Shown here: in pieces, positions 22,085-35,292 of the stretch
Position numbering within the stretch: the stretch's first letter is position 1
How the letters are laid out: each line of letters begins with the position of its first letter
Assembly: GCA_032718475.1 (NCBI GenBank)
Contig: JAUCBJ010006757.1
Span: 18,822 to 82,821, forward strand
Source: Nemertoderma westbladi
Taxonomy: Eukaryota > Animalia > Xenacoelomorpha
DNA length: 64,000 bases
Direction: 5' to 3'
Made by a program: the position numbers and the translations under genes
The notes under the pieces: model-generated
Databases searched by the model: none
What the model was told of the DNA's origin: nothing
Seen by the model: only the letters and a program-made list of their open reading frames with translations

Positions 22085-23253
22085 TGTTTGCGCTTTTAAG
22101 ACCTTTGACAGTTTAACCTGCCAAAATTAGAATGTCTTTTGGATGATAGATAGTCTTTAGCCTATGACGAGTATTTGATACACTACATTAGCCGAAGCCA
22201 GTCTTATGCGCAATCATTCACCCGTTGGATATACCCGGGAGACTGAGTTCGGAGCTTAATGATTGATGGTGTAAGCCTACTGTATTATTCGACTGATCGT
22301 AATATATAATCTCTGACAAATATTATTCACTTTCGGGAAATATTAACAGTTCCTTTAGGACGTGGCGCTCTAAATATGTAAACAGAGTTATGACTTAAAC
22401 TAGACGCAACGAAAAGGCTATAGATTCACGTATATGGCGCATTCTTTAGGAGATGCTTTGTTATCAGTTACACTCATACACAATGCTGCACAATACTGCA
22501 CACTAATCTGCCGACCTTCACTAAATTTGGTCACGTATAAAGAGAGCAACAGACAATTTATGTTGGGCATATGAAATAGCATTAGATTCACTTCAAACCA
22601 CTCAACATAGGTCGCAATCGTTTATCTGTAACCGGTCTCTTTAGTATATCAAGAAGGTGGGGTGTCTGACTATTGATCAGTATTCCGATATAATAATTCA
22701 TCAGCAAATATAACGAATAACCGACATTAAAAGCAGTAATATTAATGTATAAATGATTATTAAGTGAATGAGTTAACTTGTGTAACTCGTGAGTAGTTAA
22801 GATAACATATATACGTTCTATAATTGAGCCTACTAATGTAAGACTAAAGACTGAAAACACGGAGGTGCCAAAAGCCGGTTCTTAGGCTCTGGGCAAAAAC
22901 ATAACACTGAACTACTGAGTTCTGTATACACCTCCAACACAGAGACAAAAAACGCTCTGATTGGTCAACCGAACAACGAGAGAACAAAGAAACAAAGAAA
23001 CGTCGACGTGGCAATATCAGCTGTTAGCCGTCGTCATGGTAGCGACACTGTTTTCAAGAGTATCCAGGTTATCGCGTAACGAGATTGCGGATTATGTCCT
23101 CTAAAGTACAAATACAGTACAAATACAGAAGAAATGACTTTTATGTCCTCTAAAACACCAGTACGGCAAGGACACGGCCTTTTTATGCCTGGCAAACCAA
23201 CTACAGAGTACTTTAAGGGAAAATAACCGGTTAATGACGCAAAAGCTTTTACA
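22085..23253 (-). repeat. 5' LTR of element 1
   Basis: Direct repeat of 7193-8366, followed by TSD CTGCC. Confidence 0.97.
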
Positions 23254-25418
23254 CTGCCGATGTGAAAGGCCTACTAAACCAGTGGAATTTGTGAGCATAA
23301 AAAAGGTCCCCCGTGCTCTGACAAATCCCAGTCAAGTTTATAATACTGTAGGCTAGGCTAAGCTGCTAAGCACTGCTAGCGTTTTGAATCCGTATTCACG
23401 AAAGTAGGCATTGTATTACCCAGCAAGGGAGTTACTAGGTGGGTATTCCCTACTGGCAAATAACTCGCCTTAAAGTCGCCTTAAATTCACGTAAAGCAAA
23501 CACATGGTAAATACCTCTAACATTCACTAACAAAGGTCTTTGGTAGCGGTGTTTACTACAGGTAATTACTGGACATAGTAAATTTTGTCTAATGATATTC
23601 ACAAAATAAAAGTAGATATTACCCTCGTCTTTAGAGGCAGGAAATACCTAAATTTGCTGGAGGAGGGATAGGGATCTACCAGCATTTGGTAAACAATTTG
23701 GTAAAGCATTTGAATTTTGATCTACAATAACAGAATAAAGAGGCTACAGAAACAATATCAAACACAGTCAAAAATTGCTTCAGTGACATGGGCACAAAAC
23801 TTAACAAAAATTGCAGTGGCGAAAGGCGATATAAACAGCTGACAAACACCTTAGTAGTGTTACCATACCAGTCCGTACATTGAAATTGAAACATTATTTC
23901 TGCAGTTTGCTACCGGTACTGTACCGTGTACCGGTACATTGAAATAGAAACATTATTCGCAGTAGAGCTAGGCCTACCTTTTATTTGAATTGTACTGTAA
24001 TTGGCTAACACTAACACTCTCCTATAGCCAAAAGGTGTGCAGGTGTCCCAGGCGAGTCTGCCCCTCCCCACCAAGGAATGCCCCCCTCCCCAAAGACTTA
24101 CCGGTACTATAAGTACAGTATAATAATACTGTAGTAGGCCTAGCGTACCGTACAGCACTTTAACTTGGATTTATTTGTTTATTTTTTTTTGGTTAGGGTT
24201 AGTTTGTACTGTATGGCAGGCCCAAACCCTATTTAAAACAGTCATGTAATTTCGTAAATTACCATATTGGCCCTTCGGGGCAATGGCAAGGCAGCAAGGG
24301 TCCAAAATTCCACAAAATTTATTAAATTAGACCCTCATGCATGACTAGGGTTAGGTTTACATGACAGTTTTAATTAGGGCTTCGGACCGCCACTGTCGAA
24401 ATTTGGGGTGAAAATGCCGTGCGGGGGGGGGGCATTTTCGCCTGTGACACCGGTTCGGCCCAAACAGCCAAATGCCCAGTCACCAGAACCGGTTTCGGTT
24501 GGGGAAAAGCTCTTTTCTTGAATGCGTACATTTTACCTACTTTACTACTTAGGTATTAAACAGGTAAATCATAATTATTTTGTCTAATTCACGAATGTTT
24601 GGTGTTATATTATAGTATATGTTACCGCACTCTTTATTGGGATTAATTAATTAACAATAATACTAAATGCCATATACAATATACTGTACATAATAGTACA
24701 TTTCATACTGTTACCGGTACTTGTTTAAATGCTACTGTATGTTACTTTTTACTTTCATTAATTGTTTTTGATAGCTACTGTAATATGGCTATCCCCCCAA
24801 ATTCTGCACAGGCGAAAAGTGCTGGCAACCAACTGACAATTGTACTTGTATATGTAAATGGTGCCAAAATAGTGTAGTACCGGTACTGTACATACCTGTC
24901 CATTATAAACACTGTTCTAAAATACCGAGTTTTTGTTAGTCACTTAAAACTGCATTGTACCTTTACAAGATTTGAAACAACCATTAATAATAAGGTGTTT
25001 GCCAGCATGCCGTATCCCACCACTGCTAATTTTATCGACTGTGTTTCTTATGTTTCTGTAGCTCCTTTATTCAGTTATTGTACATCAAAATTCAACCAAA
25101 TGACATCATTAAGGGATAAATTCAATGTACTAATAATTGATGATTGATGACATAGGCTTAATTATTATACTGGTTACTACACTAGAGTACCTGTTTGCCG
25201 GTACTACTGTACTGTACTTGTACTGCAGTACTAACAAACTGTAACTTCGGTAGGCCCTAGCTAATTTCTCAAATTGTAGGCCTATTAAACAATTATTCAA
25301 TTGTTTATTTACCAAAGGCCTAATAATCTTAGATAGTCCATATAAATTGACGGAACTGGCTCACTGGTATTGATTTGTAATCACAGAACTCCAAACTCAG
25401 CCCTGTTTCACGTTCACA

Positions 25419-26522
25419 ATGTCTGATATCAAGGAACACAGCTCATTGGCTAACTTCGCCCCGGGGCCGGCCCGTATATCCACCGAAGTCCTCGTCAAGG
25501 CCCAATCGGAACTGCTCAGTCTGGACCACACAGGGATCAGTCCGTTGGAGATGAGCCACAGATCGGCCCAGTTCGACAATATAAACAACGAGGCGGAGGC
25601 CAACCTTCGAGAACTCCTAGACATTCCACCCAACTACAAAGTAATCTTCATGCAAGGCGGAGGTCACGGCCAATTCGCGGCCATTCCTCTCAATCTCCTC
25701 CCTACAGGTGGCGAGGCGGATTACATAGTTAGTGGGACTTGGAGTCAGAAAGCCTTTAACGAGGGAAAGAAGTTCGGCAAGATAAACTTGGCGGCGCAAC
25801 CGGACCCGTTTACATCGATACCTCCGCAGGAGTCCTGGAAGATCAGCGAGAAATCGTCGTATCTTTACTACTGCGCCAACGAAACGATTCACGGGGTTGA
25901 ATTCTCGTTCGTTCCCCAACACCCCAGCGGCGTCGTTGTTGCCGATGTCTCTTCCAACTTCCTTTCCCAACCCATCGACGTCTCCAAGTTCGGGATTCTC
26001 TACGCCGGTGCCCAGAAGAACGTCGGACCTTCGGGTTTAACAGTGGTTATAGTTCGGGAGGATTTAATAGGTAATCAGAAACCGAATTGCCCTGCGATAT
26101 TGAACTATAAGTTGTTCGCTGACGCGAGAAGTTTGTACAATACGCCGCCGACCTTCAATATTTATTTGGCTAATTTGGTTTTCCGATGGATTAAAGAGAA
26201 GGGAGGTTTGGCGGCTATGCGGGATCTCAGTGTCCGTAAGTCGTCGTTGCTGTACGATATTATCGGGAATTCCGGCGGTTTCTACCGCTGTCCCGTTGAT
26301 CCCGCGTGTCGCAGTAAGATGAATGTTGTGTTCCGTGTTGCTGGAGGCGATGTGGGGGTCGAGAAACGGTTTCTTACTGAGGCAGCCGGTCGAGGGTTGG
26401 TTAGTCTGGCAGGGCACCGCTCGGTTGGAGGGATAAGGGCGTCGTTGTATAACTCGGTTACCGTAGAGGACACCGAGAAGTTGGCCGGGTTTATGAAGGA
26501 GTTTATGGAGAAGGAACAGTGA
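25419..26522 (+). CDS. PSAT1: Phosphoserine aminotransferase (class V PLP enzyme), single coding exon, 367 aa
   Basis: Motifs NFAPGPA, EMSHRS, QGGGHGQF, YYCANETIHGVEF, GAQKNVGP (PLP lysine), SLYNTPP, GHRSVGGIRASLYN. Possible acceptor TCACAG at ~25386 and AATAAA at 27028. Confidence 0.97.
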   Translation: MSDIKEHSSLANFAPGPARISTEVLVKAQSELLSLDHTGISPLEMSHRSAQFDNINNEAEANLRELLDIPPNYKVIFMQGGGHGQFAAIPLNLLPTGGEADYIVSGTWSQKAFNEGKKFGKINLAAQPDPFTSIPPQESWKISEKSSYLYYCANETIHGVEFSFVPQHPSGVVVADVSSNFLSQPIDVSKFGILYAGAQKNVGPSGLTVVIVREDLIGNQKPNCPAILNYKLFADARSLYNTPPTFNIYLANLVFRWIKEKGGLAAMRDLSVRKSSLLYDIIGNSGGFYRCPVDPACRSKMNVVFRVAGGDVGVEKRFLTEAAGRGLVSLAGHRSVGGIRASLYNSVTVEDTEKLAGFMKEFMEKEQ

Positions 26523-27199
26523 TGTCGCAGTGTGATATGTGATAGGTTGTAGCGGCAGAATGGTGCTGGGTTCTAGTCGTAGAGTAACTGATTAAATATA
26601 GACCACAGGGATAGTGTATTGGTATCTGGAATGCTTAGCTTACAAAAAATGGTCGCAATATTATGGAGTTTATTTTTACAATTATTTTTCTTCAGTAATT
26701 AATGTGATTGCTTTATTGTGCTATTAATTATTTTTATCAGGTAATTTAATGGCAATAATTTGCGAATTGGTAATTTTAGTGGCACAAATTGAATGTATTT
26801 CTATGTAGTTTAAATATTATAGTTATCTTATAATGACCGCGGTATATTACTATAATATACTGTTTACCAGTTTAGCAGTTTAAATTGGGGTTAATAATTG
26901 ATATAATAATTTCTATTTGTTTGTCACAATTGAGTTCTGCTGTTTAATTAATTATAATTTGGTGGAAGTTAGTCAGTTTCAGTGTTACTGTAAACTTTCG
27001 CGTATTCAACTGAAAATAAGTCACATAAATAAATTATTGTCTCCATAAAAACGTCTATAACATATTCTTTGCAACTTACACAATGTAAACGGGCTAGCAT
27101 TATAGAACTATTGACTCAAAGAAATTAATTGTTGCGCTTTCTTAAAAAACATATAAGTTCATCTTATTTTTAAAATCGAGCAGATGTCCTAAATGTATA

Positions 27200-30100
27200 G
27201 CCTCCCTCCCTCCCTGACCCAAGGTAAGTTGAGAGCCTCCCTCCCTCCCTGACCCAAAGTAAGTTGAGAGCCTCCCTCCCTCACTAACCCAAGGTAAGTT
27301 GAGAGCCTCCCTCCCTCCCTGACCCAAAGTAAGTTGAGAGCCTCCCTCCCTCCCTAACCCAAAGTAAGTTGAGAGCCTCCCTCCCTCCCTAACCCAAGTA
27401 AGTTGAGAGCCTCCCTCCCTCCCTAACCCAAGGTAAGTTGAGAGCCTCCCTCCCTCCCTAACCCAGGGTAAGTTGAGAGCCTCCCTCCCCCCCTAACCCA
27501 AAGTAGGTTGAGAGCCTCCCTCCCTCCCTAACCCAAAGTAAGTTGAGAGCCTCCCTCCCTCCCTAACCCAAAGTAAGTTGAGAGCCTCCCTCCCTCCCTG
27601 ACCCAAAGTAGGTTGAGAGCCTCCCTCCCTCCCTCACCCAAGGTAAGGTGAGAGCCTCCCTCCCTCCCTAACCAAAGTAAGTTGGGAGCCTCCCTCCCTC
27701 CCTAACCCAAAGTAAGTTGAGAGCCTCCCTCCCTCCCTAACCCAGGGTAAGTTGAGAGCCTCCCTCTCTCCCTAACCCAAGACAAGTTGAGAACCTCCCT
27801 CCCCCCCTAACCCAAAGTAGGTTGAGAGCCTCCCTCCCTCCCTAACCCAAAGTAAGTTGAGAGCCTCCCTCCCTCCCTAACCCAAAGTAAGTTGAGAGCC
27901 TCCCTCCCTCCCTGACCCAAAGTAAGTTGAGAGCCTCCCTCCCTCCCTGACCCAAAGTAAGTTGAGAGCCTCCCTCCCTCCCTAACCCAAGGTAAGTTGA
28001 GAGCCTCCCTCCCTCCCTAACCCAAGGTAAGTTGAGAGCCTCCCTCCCTCCCTAACCCAAGGTAAGTTGAGAGCCTCCCTCCCTCCCTGACCCAAAGTAA
28101 GTTAAGAGCCTTCCTCCCTCCCTAACCCAAGGTAAGTTAAGAGCCTCCCTCCCTCCCTAACCCAAAGTAAGTTGAGAGCCTCCATCCCTCCCTAACCCAA
28201 GTAAGTTGAGAGCCTCCCTCCCTCCCTGACCCAAAGTAAGTTGAGAGCCTCCCTCCCTCCCTAACCCAAATAAGTTGAGAGCCTCCCTCCCTCCCTAACC
28301 AAAGTAAGTTGAGAGCCCCCCTCCCTCCCTAACCAAAGTAAGTTGAGAGCCTCCCTCCCTCCCTGACCCAAAGTAAGTTGAGAGCCTCCCTCCCTCCCTG
28401 ACCCAAAGTAAGTTGAGAGCCTCCCTCCCTCCCTCACCCAAGGTAAGGTGAGAGCCTCCCTCCCTCCCTAACCCAAGGTAAGTTGAGAGCCCCCCCCCCC
28501 CCTCCCTAACCCAAGGTAAGTTGAGAGCCTCCGTCCCTCCCTAACCCAAGTAAGTTGAGAGCCGCCCTCCCTCCCTCCCTAACCCAAAGTAAGTTAAGAG
28601 CCTCCCTCCCTCCCTGACCCAAAGTAAGTTGAGAGCCTCCCTCCCTCCCTCCCTAACCCAAAGTAAGTTGAGAGCCTCCCTCCCTCCCTAACCCAAGTAA
28701 GTTGAGAGCCGCCCTCCCTCCCTGACCCAAAGTAAGTTGAGAGCCTCCCTCCCTAACCAAAGTAAGTTGCGAGCCTCCATCCCTCCCTGACCCAAAGTAA
28801 GTTGAGAGCCTCCCTCCCTCCCTAACCCAAATAAGTTGAGAGCCCCCCTCCCTCCCTAACCCAAGTAAGTTGAGAGCCTCCCTCCCTCCCTGACCCAAAG
28901 TAAGTTGAGAGCCTCCCTCCCTCCCTAACCCAAATAAGTTGAGAGCCTCCCTCCCTCCCTAACCAAAGTAAGTTGAGAGCCCCCCTCCCTCCCTAACCAA
29001 AGTAAGTTGAGAGCCTCCCTCCCTCACTAACCCAAGGTAAGTTGAGAGCCTCCCTCCCTCCCTGACCCAAAGTAAGTTGAGAGCCTCCCTCCCTCCCTGA
29101 CCCAAAGTAAGTTGAGAGCCTCCCTCCCTCCCTCCCTAACCCAAAGTAAGTTGAGAGCCTCCCTCCCTCCCTAACCCAAAGTAAGTTGAGAGCCTCCCTC
29201 CCTCCCTAACCAAAGTAAGTTGCGAGCCTCCATCCCTCCCTGACCCAAAGTAAGTTGAGAGCCTCCCTCCCTCCCTAACCCAAGGTAAGTTGAGAGCCTC
29301 CCTCCCTCACTAACCCAAGTAAGTTGAGAGCCTCCCTCCCTCCCTGACCCAAGGTAAGTTGAGAGCCTCCCTCCCTCCCTGACCCAAGGTAAGTTGAGAG
29401 CCCCCCTCCCTCCCTAACCCAAGGTAAGTTGAGAGCCTCCCTCCCTCCCTCACCCAAGGTAAGGTGAGAGCCTCCCTCCCTCCCTAACCAAAGTAAGTTG
29501 GGAGCCTCCCTCCCTCCCTAACCCAAAGTAAGTTGAGAGCCTCCCTCCCTCCCTAACCCGGGTAAGTTGAGAGCCTCCCTCCCTCCCTCACCCAAGGTAA
29601 GGTGAGAGCCTCCCTCCCTCCCTAACCAAAGTAAGTTGAGAGCCTCCCTCCCTCCCTGACCCAAAGTAAGTTGAGAGCCTCCCTCCCTCCCTAACCCAAG
29701 GTAAGTTGAGAGCCTCCCTCCCTCCCTCACCCAAGGTAAGGTGAGAGCCTCCCTCCCTCCCTAACCAAAGTAAGTTGGGAGCCTCCCTCCCTCCCTAACC
29801 CAAAGTAAGTTGAGAGCCTCCCTCCCTCCCTAACCCAGGGTAAGTTGAGAGCCTCCCTCTCTCCCTAACCCAAGACAAGTTGAGAACCTCCCTCCCCCCC
29901 TAACCCAAAGTAGGTTGAGAGCCTCCCTCCCTCCCTAACCCAAAGTAAGTTGACAGCCTCCCTCCCTCCCTAACCCAAAGTAAGTTGAGAGCCTCCCTCC
30001 CTCCCTGACCCAAAGTAAGTTGAGAGCCTCCCTCCCTCCCTAACCCAAAGTAAGTTGAGAGCCTCCCTCCCTCCCTAACCCAAGGTAAGTTGAGAGCCTC

Positions 30101-30503
30101 CCTCCCTCCCTCACCCAAGGTAAGGTGAGAGCCTCCCTCCCTCCCTAACCCAAGGTAAGTTGAGAGCCTCCCTCCCTCCCTCACCCAAGGTAAGGTGAGA
30201 GCCTCCCTCCCTCCCTAACCCAAAGTAAGTTGAGAGCCTCCCTCCCTCCCTAACCCAAAGTAAGTTGAGAGCCTCCCTCCCTAACCCAAGGTAAGTTGAG
30301 AGCCTCCCTCCCTCCCTCACCCAAGGTAAGGTGAGAGCCTCCCTCCCTCCCTAACCAAAGTAAGGTGGGAGCCTCCCTCCCTCCCTAACCCAAGGTAAGT
30401 TGAGAGCCTCCCTCACCCAAGGTAAGGTGAGAGCCTCCCTCCCTCCCTAACCAAAGTAAGTTGAGAGCCTCCATCCCTCCCTGACCCAAAGTAAGTTGAG
30501 AGC
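27200..30503. repeat. ~31-32 bp minisatellite (CCCAAAGTAAGTTGAGAGCCTCCCTCCCTCCCTAA), ~100 units
   Basis: Directly visible tandem array. Confidence 0.97.
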
Positions 30504-30829
30504 GGGGGGAAAATGGACGCAATAAAAATTTATCCCTCTCCATGGAAAATTTGACGCAAATAACAGTTGATTACTCTCAAAAATAAAACTGTATGTAACC
30601 TGTTCTGTTGTGTTTAGTTTAATGCCACTGTAACCTGCTCCTTTCCCTAAATTGATAATTTAACATTGAGGCGGGATTTTAATTCGCGAAGATGGGATTT
30701 GCGTCCAGTCCCCCCTCCCCCCTGTGTCTTCTCACTGAGAGATAATTCATAATGTACAGTATGAGAGCGGTTCAGCTATAAGTGTGATAGTCGGGTACAC
30801 AGCAGCGGCTGGCATTTCCTCATGGCCTG

Positions 30830-31340
30830 GGCTTGTCTGCTTGTTGAATCCGTTGGCAGTCAGTATTATTTCTTGAGGTGTAATAGTATTGAAGGTGTGT
30901 CGTTTTTCGGGGAGTTCTGAATATGGGACCTGTAGTCTAGAGGGATCCGTTCGGTTTTAGTTCATATCTGTTTGTCTAATGTAATACCTACAGTTTGATA
31001 GTGACTATTGAAACAGTTAGTCATCTCCTTATGGTCTGTGTATGCGATTGTTGTTGATTATCAGTGATGGTGCGGATTGGTTAGATTGTCTTTAAGGACA
31101 CCTCTTATGTTTCCATACATTCTTGTTGTCTGAATTTGAAATCCAGTGCTTCACTGTAGAAATCTTTCTTAGCTGTTCGTAGTATTCTGTCAAGTAAGTT
31201 TTCTGTATGTTTTATATTTTAGTAAGGTTCCAGTTGTTGGGTGTTTTGTATAATTTTTCTATGTGCTTTGTATAAAGTGTCTGTAAACCATGGTCGCACC
31301 TGTGGTTCGTTCTCGAGTGAAGTTGATATCGAATTGTCGT
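30830..31340 (-). mobile_element. Degraded CR1/L2-group LINE ORF2 fragment (endonuclease-RT linker)
   Basis: Minus strand gives PWFTDTLYK..., KYKTYR...LDRILRTAKKDFYSEAL and ...ANGFN across frameshifts, typical of this linker region. Confidence 0.6.
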
Positions 31341-33049
31341 TTATACTGTAGATTCAGTACAGTAAGCCCCTAGTTATAAATGCATCATATGCATTTGTCT
31401 GCAGAATTCTTAGAGCACATCTCACCTCAGTCCAGTCTGAATCTTCCACATCATTTTGCAACATCATTTATTTTTGTTCCGGGGGCAAAATTAAAAATAC
31501 AGACAAACAAGACACCTACACGCCTATATAGAGCCTACACCTAGACGGAAAAGTTATAGCCGTTTTACAGTCTAATTACTGCGGTATGTAGTGCTGTACT
31601 GCAGTACAGGTCTACCAGTCTACAGCCTAGTTAATTTAATTTAATTGTTTACTTCAGTATTCAATGTATTCAGTAATCCATATGTAAAAAAACTATGGTG
31701 CACAAATTTAAAATAGGAAAAAATCAAGTAAAATAAATTAAGTAAAAATACAATAAAAATCAGACACAATGGATTATGTAAGTACAGTACTATACATAGC
31801 GGATGTAACACGGCAATTGTTACGTATGAACGAGATTAAATAATTATTAAATTTATTTACACGATTTAGAATTTCAAAAAATATTTGAAAAAGAGTTTAA
31901 AAATTTCAGTAAAAGATCGGATATTAAGATAACGCAGCATTAATGTGGCTCCATTAATTTCTTATGTTTCTCTGTTGTACAGCCGAATGTGAACGGATTA
32001 CAAAGCGGCCTACACATTTAGTTCGATGAGCTACGCTGATTTTATTAATATTTAACTGGAGAAAGTAAATGTCAGACCACAGCAAACAACAGTAAATATT
32101 TGAAACAAAAAGTATTGAATAATATTACCGTGACACAATCTTACTTAACAATTACCAAATCTCCTACTCAACATGTCAGGCTCTATCACACTGCAGGTGC
32201 CACTTTTATATGGGGAACATAATATATTGTTATTTTTACTTGGCTTGACTGTCTTGGGTTTACTCAATGCAGTGCCGGATTAAGCCTCTGGTTGCCCTAG
32301 GCACATTTTAGTAATTTCCAAAAATGGCCCGAAAGTTTATATTTTTCCGCAAACCCTTTCAAAAGAAAAAGCTGCTAAAAACAACTGAAATTGTGAAAAT
32401 GTTGCGAAGGAAATATAAAGTATTTTCGTTGGATGACTGCGTGCAAATAAGTACTAAGTACTATTTTGTGATGGACAAAGTGTAGCAGTTACAAAATTGG
32501 TTCTAGAAGATCCAAATGGCCATGTTTTACAAACCAATATTCACGATTGAAGCCCTAAAGATTCTAAACATTTTGGTATCTGTTTAATGGAAATTGAGTA
32601 AAAAATAAAAAAGTAGTAGGGAATTTAGTGATGGAAAAAAGTCAAAATCGACAAACTGATAAAAAGGTTGTTTTATACAGAGAGGCATAAATATCAGCAA
32701 TGTTGTTGAAAAGAGCAGTTTTGAGGTCAAAAATAATTCAATGTTGAAAACAGATATCACCTTTTATGAAAGCCCTTCTATCAAACTACAAAAAAATTTG
32801 TAAATTTTCGAAAATTTCATTTCTGTGGGTGTTATAGTTAGCCCCCTTAAGGCTGACTGCCCCCTGTGAGCATTTAGCAATTTTGATCGAATCGTGGGAA
32901 TGTGTTATTAATTTGCTGTAGGGTAGGTTTTGCAGGGTGCTTATCTTTACAGGACTTGCTGATAAATATAACACACCAAAAGTGTGGACTTAGTGCAAAG
33001 ATATAATATTTCTGATCTAGATTTGGACTTGCTGAGAAAGTAATGTTCT

Positions 33050-35030
33050 TCGATAAGAGAACAGTCTGTTTTTCATTTTGTCTGTCTGTTGGTCTGTTTT
33101 TCTGTTTGTCAACAAATTATGGATATAAAAATATACACCACCTAACTAAAATAATTGCTACATGGGTTTTCGTGGTCGCGGATTTCATTTCCGGGGTCAG
33201 TTTTCAAATTTGACGTAATCTAGTTTGTCAGTCTGTTTGTCCGTCTGTCGGTCTGTCTGTCAAAAACATACGTATCACACTACGTAAGGTTTTAAGGTCG
33301 GTGATTTCATTTATGGTGTTATCTTTCCTGTTTGGAGGAGTCTATTATGCCTTTATATTTGTCTGTCAGTCGATCTGTCTGTACATACTACTACTACTAG
33401 TACTACTAGTATCGGCATGCTGCATTTTTAAGAATGCTGTGCCGGCTTGTCGACAAAATTGCGCCGCCACAACTCCCTATCAGATCGTCCGCATCTTCAA
33501 GACCAGTGTCCTTTAAGATGCGTCTCAAGAAAGTCATGGGCTGTCCAGTCCACCATGCTTATTCACTCCAGGAGGCTGCCAAAGTACAAGATTATGCACT
33601 GGCTGGTCCTCACGGCGAAAGCAATGTCCTGCAAAGCGGAGGCGATTTTGTTCTAGTGTCAAGCTTGGGGGAACCAATGAGACACCTCCAATGTTATATA
33701 GTGTCTGGTTGGATATGTGTGCATTGTACTTGACACAATGAACCCGGCGTAGCATTCTTGTGAATGTGTCATCCAGAGATTTGGTATCCTCAGCAGTTAG
33801 AGCCCAGCATGGACTCCCATAGAGGAGTACTGGAACTACTGCTGCTCTAAATAATCGGTCCTTAAGTTTCCGATTAATTCTCGGTGACTTCCAAATCCTG
33901 GAAAGCCTATTCAAGGCTGCCCATGCCTTTCCCTTACGTATTCGAAGGTCCTCACCTGACTTCCGGATCCATGATCCCAGGTAACAGAAGTCGTCCACAT
34001 GCTCAAGCATACCATCCTTTGAGCTTATGCTCATCCGATCAGAGACTTGCTGAGAACTTTCAAACTTAACTGTCAAAATTTTGGTCTTTCTGGAGTTAAT
34101 AAAAAGACCAACACTAGAAGCAGCATGTTCTAATGAGCTGAGGAGCCGTTGGGCTCCCTCTAGTGATTCTGAGAGTACTCCTAAGTCATCAGCAAAGTCT
34201 AGATCAGTTAGGTACTTGGCAGGATTTCCTCGACTTCTGGAGCCAGTAGGTGGAGTTATCATCACCCCATCATCCATCATCATTATGATGATCTAAGGAC
34301 ATGCTTAGAACATAGTCAACCACAATTATGAACAAGAATGGTGCAAGTGTGTCTCCCTGGAGGACGCCCCATAACACTTCAAATGGTTCTGTGTCACCAT
34401 CAACAGTAGACACAAATGTTGTCGAACCACAGACAGATGAACAGACGTACATACAGACAGACTTAAACAGACAGTCTAGGTTCATGCAATTATTAAAAAT
34501 GACATGGGAAATGAAATCAGCGACTAGGAAAACCCCCATATCAGAAATTATAGTAAAGTGATGTGTTTACTTATATTTTATCTGTGACACCGACAGTAAG
34601 TCAGACAGACAGACAAACAGACAGACCGACAGACAGATAGACAGTCCAGATGTCATCAAACATTAAAACATGTATTAGAAATGAAATCAGAGACTAGGAA
34701 AACCCCCATATCGGAAATTTTATTCAGGTGACATGCCTCCTTATATTTTGACTGACAGACAGACAGACATAAAAACAGACAAACAGACATTCTAGGTTCA
34801 GTCAAATATTAAAATTGACATCGGAAATGGAATCAGACACTAGGAAAACCCCCATATCATAAATTATAGTAAAGTGATGTGCTTACTTATTTATTTTCTG
34901 TGAGATTGACAGTCATACAGACAGACAGACAGAATAACAGACAGAGAGGCAGTTCAGATATCATCAAACATTAAAACATATATCAGAAATAAATTCAGCG
35001 ACTACGAAAACCCCTAAATCGTAAATTTTG
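33050..35030. repeat. Inverted arrays of ~130-bp units (TCTG/CAGA-rich) flanking the RTE insertion
   Basis: 33050-33385 (TGTCTGTC..GATTTCATTT) is the reverse orientation of the 34430-35030 units (GACAGAC..GAAATGAAATCAGCGACTAGGAAAACCCCC). Confidence 0.6.
33386..34429 (-). mobile_element. 5'-truncated RTE-like LINE (RT C-terminal half and 3' end with (TAG)n tail)
   Basis: Encodes GVLQGDTLAPFLFIIVVDY, LTDLDFADDL, FCYLGSWI and RLRFAGHC. TACTACTAC tail at 33386. Confidence 0.92.
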
Positions 35031-35292
35031 GTTCGTAAATTTTGGTTGGTAAATTTTCGCTGGAGTAGTTTATTATATTTTGCGCTTATTTTTGAAATTT
35101 CTCGCGTTTTACATAAAATTAGCGGGAAGGTTTGAAAACTTAAAATGCGTTTTTCTCAGCATTTTATTTTTCGTGAAATTTCGAAATAAATGTACCTTTT
35201 TCTCGAGAACGGCTTGATGGAATAGGCTGAAATTTTCGCAGCAGGTTTTTAGTAGTGAGACACAATTGTGGAACCTCTAAAAACATAATATG

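Larger units (their letters stand above)
7193..23253 (-). mobile_element. Full-length BEL/Pao (Belpaoviridae) LTR retrotransposon, element 1
   Basis: Two ~1.17-kb LTRs with TG...CA ends. 5-bp TSD CTGCC at 7188-7192 and 23254-23258. Single Gag-Pol ORF with BEL domain order. Confidence 0.97.

Noticed and set aside
27142-30320. GREGG-repeat ORFs, or a true telomere
   Set aside because: The ORFs are satellite translations, and TTAGGG occurs once per unit rather than as tandem telomeric repeats.
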